DNA of 64,000 nucleotides, from assembly GCF_021869535.1 (NCBI RefSeq), contig NW_026262582.1, positions 51,460,001 through 51,524,000 on the forward strand, given 5' to 3'. The position numbers were made by a program, and so were the translations under genes. The stretch's first letter is position 1; each line of letters starts with the position of its first letter. Source of the stretch: Mytilus californianus (Eukaryota). Of this stretch, positions 40,171 to 51,636 are shown piece after piece. Below the pieces are notes generated by a model that did not search any database, had not been told where the DNA came from, and worked only from the letters and a program-made list of their open reading frames with translations.

Positions 40171-40506
40171 TAAAATTGAGAATGGGGATGGGGAATGTGT
40201 CAAAGAGGGTCTTCAATGCAACAAGAAACTCTGAGGCGTCCTTCAGCTGGCCCCTAAACAAATATGTATACTAGTTCAGTGATAATGGACGTCATACTAA
40301 ACTTCAAATTATACACAAGACTAACAAAGGCCAGAGGCTCTTGACTTGGGACAGGCGCAAAAATGTGGCGGGGTTAAACATGTTTTTTGAGATCTCAACC
40401 CTCCCCCTATACCTCTAGCCAATGTAGAAAAAACAAACGTACAACAGTTCGCACAGTAAAACTCAGTTTAAGAGAAGTCCAAGTCCGATGTCAGAATAGG
40501 AAACAA
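40171..40506 (-). mobile_element. 3'-end copy of the same PLE, internally deleted
   Basis: Reverse complement of ~9715-10130, starting in an (aat)n tract; stops short of the SECIS. Confidence 0.85.
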
Positions 40507-40550
40507 AAAATTTATATAATAATATATTTATTTGTTATGTTTTAATTATA

Positions 40551-41711
40551 ACAAGAGTGCACACGCTGAAATGTCTCGCCTTCTTTACTAATCATTGATA
40601 TTATGTTGATAGTCCTAAATATAAAGCTTTATTACAACTGTCACATAAACTTAACATTAACCAAGTAAACTAAACATTGACCAATGAACCATGAAAATGA
40701 GGTCAAGGTCAGATGAACCATGCTAGGCAGGCATGTACAGCTAACAATTCTTCCATACAACAAATATAGTTGACCTATTGCTTATAGTTTAAGAAAAACA
40801 GACGAAAACACAAAAACTTAACACTGAGCAATGAACCTTGAAAATGAGGTCAAGGTCAAATAAAACCTGCGTGACTGACATATAGATCATAAAATATTTC
40901 CATACACCAAATATAGTTGAACTATTGCATATAGTATTAGAAAAAAAGACCAAAACTCAAAAACTTAACTTTGACCACTGAACCATGAAAATGAGGTCAA
41001 GGTAAGATGACACCTGCCAGCTAGACATGTACACCTTACAATCATTCCATACACCAAATATAGCTGACCTATTGCATGCAGTATTAGAAAAAAAGACCAA
41101 AACTCAAAAACTTAACTTTGACCACTGAACCATGAAAATGAGGTCAAGGTCAGATGACACCTGCCAGCTAGACATGTACACCTTACAATCATTCCATACA
41201 CCAAATATAGTAGACCTATTGCATACAGTATAAGAAAAACAGACCAAAACACAAAAACGTAACTATAACCACTGAACCATGAAAATGAGGTCAAGGTCAG
41301 ATGACACCTGCCAGTTGGACATGTACACCTTACAGTCCTTCCATACACCGAATATACTAGACCTATTGCTTATAGTATCTGAGATATGGACTTGACCACG
41401 AAAACTTAACCTTGTTCACTGATCCATGAAATGAGGTCGAGGTCAAGTGAAAACTGTCTGACGGGCATGAGGACCTTGCAAGGTACGCACATACCAAATA
41501 TAGTTATCCTATTACTTATAATAAGAGAGAATTTAACATTACAAAAAATCTGAACTTTTTTTTCAAGTAGTCACTGAACCATGAAAATGAGGTCAAGGAC
41601 ATTGGACATGTGACTGACTGAAACTTCGTAACATGAGGCATCCATATACAAAGTATGAAGCATCCAGGTCTTCCATCTTCTAAAATATAAAGCTTTTAAG
41701 AAGTTAGCTAA

Positions 41712-41743
<32 letters not shown>

Positions 41744-41793
41744 GATCGCTATCCCTATGTCGAGCTTTCTGCGACAAAAGTCGCAGGCTCGAC
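40551..41793. mobile_element. Family A element, 7 internal units
   Basis: Same termini; markers at 40693, 40840, 40987, 41134, 41281, 41428, 41583. Confidence 0.8.
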
Positions 41794-42471
41794 AAAAACA
41801 TAACAAAAATGTATTAAAAAACCTGTTATGATATATCAATACCATAGAAATTTTGTCCGCCTGTTGTAAATGTGAAATAAACGAGGTAACCGTGATGTTT
41901 AAATCTCCTTATATCCATTTAGAATATTACAAGCCAAGTGTAAATTACTGCAAGAAAAAAAAATTGAGACCAGTGCACTGAGGGTAATGGGCATACTTAT
42001 AAGTTGCTATTACATTGATGTTAACCCCTTTTTCATTATTCAGATGCATTTTCTATTACTTAGTATATGATATAACATGTGTTTACAATAATAGATACAA
42101 ATCAAGGGCAACAACTACAGGTATTTTATGGCATAATTGTCATTCCATAGAAATTTTGTCACTTTGCTGTAAGTATGAATGACAGATAAAAGCTTTGTTG
42201 TAATTAGATGCAGGTGGATAATTTTTATATCCTAGCATAAATACACATCACTTATCAACTTCTCACTTCTGTTTAGGACACTGGAGGACATTTACTGCAT
42301 GCTGTATCAATTATTGCCAATATTTGTTTATACTATCAAGATGTACTACTTGTTTTTTTGCACTTACACCTAAGAAAACATACTTTTCGAACAGGTCAAT
42401 GTACAATAGCAAGAAAATAATAATTTTTACTGCAATATCTTTTTGTGATCCAACTTCAATATGGTTTAGCT

Positions 42472-42734
42472 CAGGGGCAGATCCAGGATTTTAGGTTAGG
42501 GGGTGCAAACATAAATTTTTGGCGAGCTGAGAGAGGTGAAAATTTTTTTGAGGTAAAATTTTTGAAATATTCTTCTAGAGTGGGTACAATGTAGATATCT
42601 CGCCAAGTTAAAATGGATGGAATGTAACAACATTAATTTTTGTTGTCTCTTTTTATACTTTATTAAGCTGACGACAACCTTTGCAAATTTGGGGGGGGGG
42701 GGGGTGTTGCATCCCCTGCCTGAATCTGCCTCTG
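42472..42734. mobile_element. MITE, hAT-like
   Basis: 16-bp TIR caggggcagatccagg / cctgaatctgcctctg (2 mismatches); perfect 8-bp TSD gtttagct. Confidence 0.85.
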
Positions 42735-45029
42735 GTTTAGCTTACTGGTGAAGTGTACTTTTTGACTATTATCTTCAAATAATAAAGAAAGATTATGCAT
42801 GAGATAAACTAGCCAAAAGAGACCAAATGACATCGATGTTAGCAACTATAATTCACCGTACAGTAGCTTTCAACAATGAGCAAAACCCATACTGCATAGC
42901 AAGCTATAAATTTGGCCCCAACATGACAAAATATAAAACAATTCAAACAAGAAAACCAACGACTAGGCAATTTGAAAGAATGACTGTGTGAGACAACACT
43001 ATGGTAAAAAAAAAGAGACAAACAAACGTGCATAAAAACCAAAATGAGCTGAAAAAAAAACCAGAGATGTTATTCAGGTGCACCTGAAAGGTCAGCAGTT
43101 TGTGCTCTGATAGTAACTCCTGTGCATTGTTACTCATACAAAATCCATTGATGAAACATTTCCTTTCAGACAATGAAAGTCATAGCATGGTTTCAAGGAG
43201 TTATTTTCAGAGCATGTAAAAACAAGATTTATTAACTAAAGAATGTTGTACTTGAATTATGCAAATTAGTCAGGTATTTCACTATGAATGAAAAGCAATA
43301 TGGAGTATTCATAAAAAATATATGTAGCAAACAAATAACACACAAAAAGACAAAGAAAACATATAGTGGTCAACCTACATTCTTAATAATTAAACAAGTG
43401 TATGTATCAGATACAATTCTTAAATTTCCATCTTAAGGAATTTATTGAAGATGAAATTTAAATCTGCAAAGTTATTATAAAAAAAAATTCTATAGAAATA
43501 GTGTATTATGTATAATAGTTTTATGAGAAAATATAGATAGGACCATGTGCCTTTTTTTTCTTTCTGTCTCTATTTTTTTTCTGATATAAGCATTTAAAAG
43601 TCTATAATCCTTTTTGGGAAAATGAAAACCTTTGTAAAAATAACAAGAACTTAAAAATATTTCAACTTTCTGTGTAGTGAATTTCGGACTTGTTTGTCTT
43701 TTCATATTTCTTGTCAGTCTTTTTTTGGACTTATGGTTTTGAATTGCCCATTTGAAATTTTTCTAATCAATTTCCAAAGTATCAAGCTTTCCTGGTTGTA
43801 TATCATTTCTCAGAAGATAGAACAAAGTAAAAATCTATGCATGCCATGAGAGATTACAATAAATTTTAAAATTAGAATTTTTACAATTCAGTTATTGAAA
43901 TCATCTTACTTGATCATATGTATGATTTGATTTAAAAGAATGTAATCTTTTGTAAGTGCTTTTTTGCCCAAGACCTTCAATTATTCTAAGCAATAAAACC
44001 TTCAATTATTCTAAGCAATAATCAATAATTTTTTTAAATGATTACTTCCCCTTAAAACCAAGAATTACAATATTCATAAGTGATGTTTAAAACCTTTTTA
44101 AATATTTTTGCTACATTTTTTACCATAAATAATGCTTTTAATGAGAAACAATTTTTCTTTTTTTTAATAAAAGGGCTTAATAACTGATGTCTTCTTAAAA
44201 ATGACCCCTCCCTTGAAGGACAAGATGACATTTAGAAGTTGGTCCATGCAATCATGTAATACAATTGTATCAGAAGGTCATACAAAGGACATGGAATACT
44301 GAACCACGACAGCTTGTATTTTTTTTTCTATTATTGCAAGAAGTATTAGTAATAATCAATGTAGATATTTTGATTAAGAAACTGAGATATTACAATTGCA
44401 GTTTATATTTGAAAGACTCTTTAAAATGATGAATTACCTTTCATAAGATTTTGATGTGAACTCAGGTGATGAAAATATTAGAAATCAAATATTTAACCAG
44501 TTTAACGCAATGGCAATTTAATTTGTGAAAATTTCAGAGTATTCATTCTTAATAAATGCAGGAAAAATGTTCGCAAACATGAAAATAAAACAATTGCGGA
44601 TTTAAGTATGTTTTTGCCTTGGATCAATGGGGTATATTAGTCAACAAGCTAACCATAATGTTTGAAAACAAATAATATTCATAAATACTTAAAGACAGGT
44701 AAAACTAATAATCTACTAAACTGTAAAAGACACTCTTTATAATTTTCATACATGTAACAGCCAGGGGTCTCTAACAAGACAAAATTTAAAGTTACCCTTA
44801 AAGTTCCACAAGAAAACATGATTGTGTTGTTGTGCCCACCGATAATTCATTCAAGTATCGGAAAACAGATAGTAGGTGTCCAAGTTAGAACCAAAAAGTG
44901 CACGCATCTTACATTTAACTCATCAATGTTGAGCTGCTGATCAAATTTAAAGTCATAGACTCTATTGAGTAGTACTTGAGAAAAGTGTAACAAAATGTTT
45001 TTAAAGCTAATTCAATAAAAACATAATAA

Positions 45030-45300
45030 ACAAGAATGTGTCCATAGTACACAGATGCCCCACTCACACTATCATTTTCTATGTTCAGTGGACCGTGAAA
45101 TTGGGGTAAAAACTCTAATTTGGCATTAAAATTAGAAAGATCATATCATAGGGAACATGTGTACTAAGTTTCAAGTTCATTGGCCTTCAACTTCATCAAA
45201 AACTACCATGACCAAATACTTTAAGAAGCGGGACAGACGGTACAACAGACGAACGAACGAACGGACCGAAAAACATAATGCCCATAAATGTGGCATAAAA
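45030..45300. mobile_element. Short Helentron-like element
   Basis: Starts acaagaatgtgtcc, (GAAC)n/(GAC) microsatellite, terminal atgcc...ggcat plus A run. Confidence 0.6.
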
Positions 45301-45703
45301 ATTAAGTTTCACAAAAAATAAAGTTGGTGTCCCACAAATCAGAGAAATGGTCACACATTACAACTCATCACTTTCAAGCTGCTGACCAAATTTAAAGTGA
45401 CATTCTATTCAGTAGTACTTGAGGAAAATGTGACAAAATTTTAGTTAGAGGAATGTGCAGACAAGGCGAATGCAATATAGCCCCACTTTTACAGTTGCGG
45501 TATGATAACACAGTGGGCATGATCCAATTGGTTTTAACAGTCAAACTGCATTATATACATGTAGGTTGATAAAAAAAAAGAAGATGTGGTATGATTGCTA
45601 ATGAGATAACTCTCCACCAGAGACTTAATGACGTAGAAGTTACAGCAACTATCACATGGTCACTGTATGCTTTTTAGTGCTTATCAAAATATTAATAACT
45701 GTA

Positions 45704-45960
45704 AGGCCACCCTTAACAAAACTTTGTTCGATGTTGCCTACCCATGCCATGTAGGGTTGCCAGGGTAGTAGGTAGGGATTTTATTCTTTTGGCGGACAAC
45801 AACAAATGGTTAAATGTTTTAGACAAGAAAATGACATTAGAGCAGGAAAAAATCTTTAAAAAAGAAAATTGAAACGATTTGTCATAAATATTTTCTGGTA
45901 GGCTGCTTTTTAGGTGGGTAGGGAGGCAACATCAAACAATCTAAATTTTATTTTTGGCCT
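45704..45960. mobile_element. MITE with TA TSD; degenerate inverted copy at 30381-30648
   Basis: Termini aggcca/tggcct, subterminal IR ttgttcgatgttgcct / aggcaacatcaaacaa, TA both sides. Confidence 0.7.
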
Positions 45961-46591
45961 TATGTAAATATTACAAATTAGTTCTATCAAATATCACAGT
46001 CTCTCTTTCCAACTTATTATGACTGGAATTTTTTTTTTAAGCCAAAGTTGAACAAGTCTGTCTAAATACCACAATTTTCTTCTATCTATGCCTGATTTAC
46101 AATACTGCAAAATATATCCTTTATTACCAATATTTATTGATAGAAATTCCCATGATAGCTCGACCATTCAAATCTTAATTAAATCTGCAGAAAAAAATCA
46201 GTACCATCGCAAAATTAGAACTTTTATTACAATTTCTCGGTTACAAGACAGAGGTATCTACCAATACTGGCAAAGACCGAGGTTAGCAAGAAAAATTTCG
46301 TATAATCAATTCCTTATAAGCAATAATTCTAGCGACAAACATCTCACACCTAAATTAAGTATTGATTCAGCTATTTATAGAATAAGATTCGCTACTGTAT
46401 CGAATGATCTCTGTCACAATGTATTAACTATCAGCAACTTCACAAAATCTTTAGAACAACTGATAATGGACACCACTTGACACGTCTTGACAAAACTCAT
46501 CCGTCTCCATATTGCCAAGTACTCGATGGTACTAGAAAAGGTCATTCACTTAACATTGTAGGAAATCAGTCTTAATAGCGGTGCCATGCCT

Positions 46592-46790
46592 GGAAATTGA
46601 GCAACAATGGACAAAGGGCACGACATGGCTGGAAATTGAACAACAGTGAACACATTGGGCATGTCACATTGCTAGAAATTGAACAACAGTGAACACATTG
46701 GGCATGTCACATTGCTAGAAATTGAAAAACAATGGACACAGAGAACGATCAACATATCTGAAAATTGAGCAAAAAATGGACACAGGGCAT
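46592..46790. repeat. ~39-43-bp degenerate tandem repeat, ~5 copies
   Basis: gaaattgaacaacagtgaacacattgggcatgtcacattgct and variants. Confidence 0.8.
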
Positions 46791-46914
46791 ATTATACCAA
46801 AGTAGTGTGTGCAAGGAATAATAGACCCCTTTTGAAAACATTTATTAGTCTCAAAACAGCTAACATTTTCATAGTAGAATTGAGTTTATAAATCATTGAA
46901 AATGGAGAAACTAA

Positions 46915-47322
46915 ATAAATGGAGAATGCATCAGTGACCATGGGACAAAGATTATTCCCCCACTTGCATATAACGTTATAAAGAGGCATAACTTGTAATA
47001 ATAAAGTTAAAAGTGACACCACCCAAATTCAAACTTGATCTGAGTTTTGTGGTATTATAAGCATTGTGTATAAGTTTCATAACATTAAGTGGTTGAGGTA
47101 AACTAAAGTTAGAGAATGGAAACGTAACTCCAAAACAGTAGAATTGATGCCATCCTAATTCGAACTTGATCTGTGTTTTGTGGTAATAAGCATTGTGTAT
47201 AAGTTTCATAATATTTGGTTTAGGCAAACTTAAGTTAGAGAACAGAAACCGATTTTGGGACTTAAGGACGGACAAAGGTAACACTTAATGCCACCTCAAG
47301 TGGCGATGACCGTGGGGGCATA
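46915..47322. mobile_element. Family C copy
   Basis: Shared blocks with 24241-24660 (gaacttgatctg..taagcattgtgtataagtttcataac; ggacaaaggtaacacttaatgcc..gggggcataaaa). Confidence 0.65.
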
Positions 47323-49196
47323 AAAATATCTAGCAGCGTTTTGGGAAAGGGGGACTGTAGATCTCAAATGTCCTTATATAAGGCTTACAATTATACAACA
47401 GTATTATTCACAATTAGTTCTGTTTTTTTGTAGGAAACCAGAATTGTACCAGCTGAGCTAAAAGATAGAAAGATACACAAGGTCCCAGTAATTGATGACA
47501 GGCAACTCTGTTGATGCATAAATAAAACCATCATCTGTCCTATGTATGGCTAGCAATCATACAGTACTAATAATGGTCATCTGGAATAGGAAATCAAGAT
47601 AAACAGCTGTGTCACAAGAGCATGATATGCCTGATGTTGATTTCAAGCAATTGATTATAGAAACTAATTTCTAATTCAAAATATTATTCCGAGATCTTAC
47701 TGGAAGCTCCTTGTTTTATTTGTAAACAGTCTTGCGAGTTGACTTAGGTTAGGTCAAAAGACAAATTTAGTACTAAAATCTCCAGGAACCATTCAGGTAT
47801 TAAATTTGACTTATATAACTTCGTTTTTTTTTTTTTAATCGATCAATTATATCCCTCTTGCTGGTTCTGTTTTCCTAATTAACCATATCTTAATGAAAAT
47901 TCCCCGGAAAAGATTAACCCTGGCTATAATCTAATTATATAATACATCCTTTCATGGTATATGAAAAAATAAATATTTAAATTAAATTGCAAATTAAAGT
48001 TCCTGCATTATCCATCGGCAGGATTTCCGTTTGCAAAGGTTAAGCAATTACATCTATTGATCACATATTGCATAAAAAAGGGAAAGATCACATTGAAGCC
48101 TAATTGATTAGGGAATTATATAACTTGCTATATTTTAACGAATTATTGAATATTGGATCATTTTAATTACTTCCTTGTGTAAATATTTATAATCCCTCTG
48201 TCATCTTCAATATCTGGTGAAAAGGGACAATCTCAAAATACTATTGAATTATCTTTGATATCGGACATACAGGGACTCTCTCAGAATGTTGTTGAATCAA
48301 CTCTGATATCAGACATAAAGGGACTATCTCAAAATGCAGTTGAACCAATTATAATTATCAACAATTCAAATATTTCTCAAGATGTCAGAAAGTTGATATG
48401 ATATATTAACCATCCCCCACAATTTGTGCCTGTACCTGTAATTAGGCTACCGGAACCGTGTGATGTCCTTTATTTTGTGTCTTTATTATTTGACATTAAA
48501 AGACCTAAAGACATATATCTTATTCGCTTTTTTTAACTGTTGGGCTGCTGTCTCATTGACATTTACCCCACATTCTCTTTTATTGAGGTCTGGTATTATG
48601 AAGACTCCCACTTTTTCTTCACTAACCCCGTGTTTTTAATGTTTGATATCAGATATCAGAGTCAGTGTGTACCACTCTGGATATCAGACATTAAGAAAGA
48701 GTGTCAAAGAGTGTTGTAATACCATCTTGAGATATCAGGCTTTAGAGTCAGTATACATCTTATTCCAGCAAAAGCGAGTAACTGGGTAACTTTTTTACAT
48801 CTTCAACATGATGATGGGTGATTTATAATGACCATAGCCATATTTACACAACTTTTTAGTAATTTTGGTTTTCATGTATTAATGCTCTTCAACTTCATTT
48901 TTGATTTGAACTTTGTAGACAAAATACATCTGGTGTAACAAATTATAAGTCTGATATCTTTGATCAGATTTCATAATTGACCTGTTATTTCACAGGCTGT
49001 ACATTGACCTATACTTGGTTACATTCAAGTCCTGTGGTCTATGGCCAATAGTTGGCTTAATGGCAATCATACCACATCTCCTTATCAATATTTTTATATT
49101 GACCAGTTAGACATGGATGTAAGGGGGCTGCCGATGACAGGTATTTTGCACAAAGTCAAAACTTTGAAACTAAGTAATGTAGAAACCCCTTCTTAA

Positions 49197-49412
49197 GGGA
49201 GTCTCATTGGGGGGTTCTGATCCCGGATCCCGCTTATTGTTTTGTCAAAATCCCGTATCCCGCTTATCATTGCAATAATAGAGCTTGTAATTTCACATGT
49301 CCCGCCCGACTTCCTTTCCTGTTTTCACGCAAAATAATTTGACTTTCACGTGTCACACTTACAAAATAACGGCAAATCCCGCATCACGCTTACACCCCAA
49401 TGAGACCCACTC
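49197..49412. mobile_element. MITE with TTAA TSD and purine termini (Kolobok-like)
   Basis: TTAA at 49193-49196 and 49413-49416; IR gtctcattgggg / ccccaatgagac. Confidence 0.7.
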
Positions 49413-50783
49413 TTAAGTGATCTGAACTTGAATCATCATTTATCTACACTATAATCATCCTGCATCTAATCATTTGATTAAAATTTTCATTCAAAACACA
49501 AAACAATCCCTCAGTTGCTATGCCATGTATATCAATTATTGTCTATCTACTACCACATCCCCTCCCACTATAGAGATCAAGAAAGATTATGAATATAATA
49601 TTATTTTAAGTAACAACATCATTCAACATATTTTCACAGCATGATATTTTGTAAACAGAAAGAACATTTGTTTTCACAATAACATTTTACTCATTAGTAG
49701 GTATGCCTCAGAGAGCTGTGTATAAATTCATAATGAAAACTGGCAATAAGAAACAAGTCATTGAGAAAATTAACTATCTGAAAGATATTCTCAAATGTTT
49801 CTTGCATTTGACTTAAGTGCACCTGATGAAGGTTATACAAATATGTCATGTACACTGCAATGGGTATTTTGTATTTACTGGGTTTCGAATGAGAATCCCT
49901 GATGAAATGATTCCCCAAAGTTGCCAGCACATACATGTAGGTATTTGCAGTACTTAAACGTTATATTTCTGTTTATGACTACAAGGACCTTTACCAACCT
50001 TGTGAATAGCCCTCATACAGTTGGTACTGTTTATGAATATATGTAATGAAAATTTTTGTTTTCTGATTTTCATAGTATCCAATTAGTTACGACTGAAGCC
50101 TTAAACGGCCCAAAGTTTACCTTAAGAGAATTTGACTGTTTTATTTACTATAGACCCTCAATTATGGTTTTCAAGCTCCCAAATTTTTTATTAGAGTCTG
50201 GATGCAGGTTACAGAGTACTGAGAATATATAGGCCTAAAAAATTGGAAAAAATTAGAGAAAAAAAGGGGGAAAAAAAGAAAAAAAGAATAGATAGATAAT
50301 GATGGGATGCTTAAATATAACAAATTTATATTAATAGGCAAAAAATAAGAGAGGAAAATTCCTTAGAAAATGAAAGAATGAAGAAATGAATTCTCCCCGT
50401 TTATGTATGTCGCTTCTTTTGGTCTTGAAGGAACTTGATTAACACTATTCAGGAAACATGTGTTGTGTGATGTGTAATTGGTATTATAAATTTATTTTGA
50501 CAGAGAGGCAGATGTATAGTAAATATTGTATTTTATCAATGTTATTTCAAATGATTGATTTTGGGGTGCTTAAAATTACAGGCATATTTAATATAAAAAT
50601 AAGAAGATGTCAGGTATGATAGCCAATGTGACAACTATCCACCAGAGAACAAATTATGTAGAAGTTGGCACCTTCAACAATGAGGAAAACCCATAGCACA
50701 TAGAACGCTATAAAAGGCCCTGAAATGACACACTGAAACAAAAAATTAATATCCTAATTGATGTCATAAAAGATAAAAACAAA

Positions 50784-51636
50784 TATAATAAACAGCAACA
50801 AAGGACAACCACTGAAGACTCCTGACTATATAATAAACAGCAACAAAGGACAACCACTGAGGACTCCTGACTATATAATAAACAGCAACAAAGGACAACC
50901 ACTGAAGACTCCTGACTATATAATAAACAGCAACAAAGGACAACCACTGAAGACTCCTGACTATATAATAAACAGCAACAAAGGACAACCACTGAAGACT
51001 CCTGACTATATAATAAACAGCAACAAAGGACAACCACTGAAGACTCCTGACTATATAATAAACAGCAACAAAGGACAACCACTGAAGACTCCTGACTATA
51101 TAATAAACAGCAACAAAGGACAACCACTGAAGACTCCTGACTATATAATAAACAGCAACAAAGGACGACCACTGAAGACTCCTGACTATATAATAAACAG
51201 CAACAAAGGACGACCACTGAAGACTCCTGACTATATAATAAACAGCAACAAAGGACAACCACTGAAGACTCCTGACTATATAATAAACAGCAACAAAGGA
51301 CAACCACTGAAGACTCCTGACTATATAATAAACAGCAACAAAGGACGACCACTGAAGACTCCTGACTATATAATAAACAGCAACAAAGGACAACCACTGA
51401 AGACTCCTGACTATATAATAAACAGCAACAAAGGACAACCACTGAAGACTCCTGACTATATAATAAACAGCAACAAAGGACGACCACTGAAGACTCCTGA
51501 CTATATAATAAACAGCAACAAAGGACAACCACTGAAGACTCCTGACTATATAATAAACAGCAACAAAGAACAACCACTGAAGACTCCTGACTATATAATA
51601 AACAGCAACAAAGGACAACCACTGAAGACTCCTGAC
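50784..51636. repeat. Homogeneous 45-bp minisatellite, ~19 copies
   Basis: tataataaacagcaacaaaggacaaccactgaagactcctgacta; explains ORFs 50708-51622 and 50764-51618. Confidence 0.97.

Noticed and set aside
41571-41801. Poly-Ala ORFs repeated at 20120, 33002 and 41571
   Set aside because: Antisense translations of the (GCC)n end of the family A elements.
46088-46480. 130-aa + strand ORF
   Set aside because: No recognisable motif or splice boundaries; one ORF of this length is plausible by chance in 64 kb x 6 frames.
50708-51622. 304-aa and 284-aa Cys-rich ORFs
   Set aside because: Both are translations of a stop-free 45-bp tandem repeat in overlapping frames, with no splice or codon evidence.
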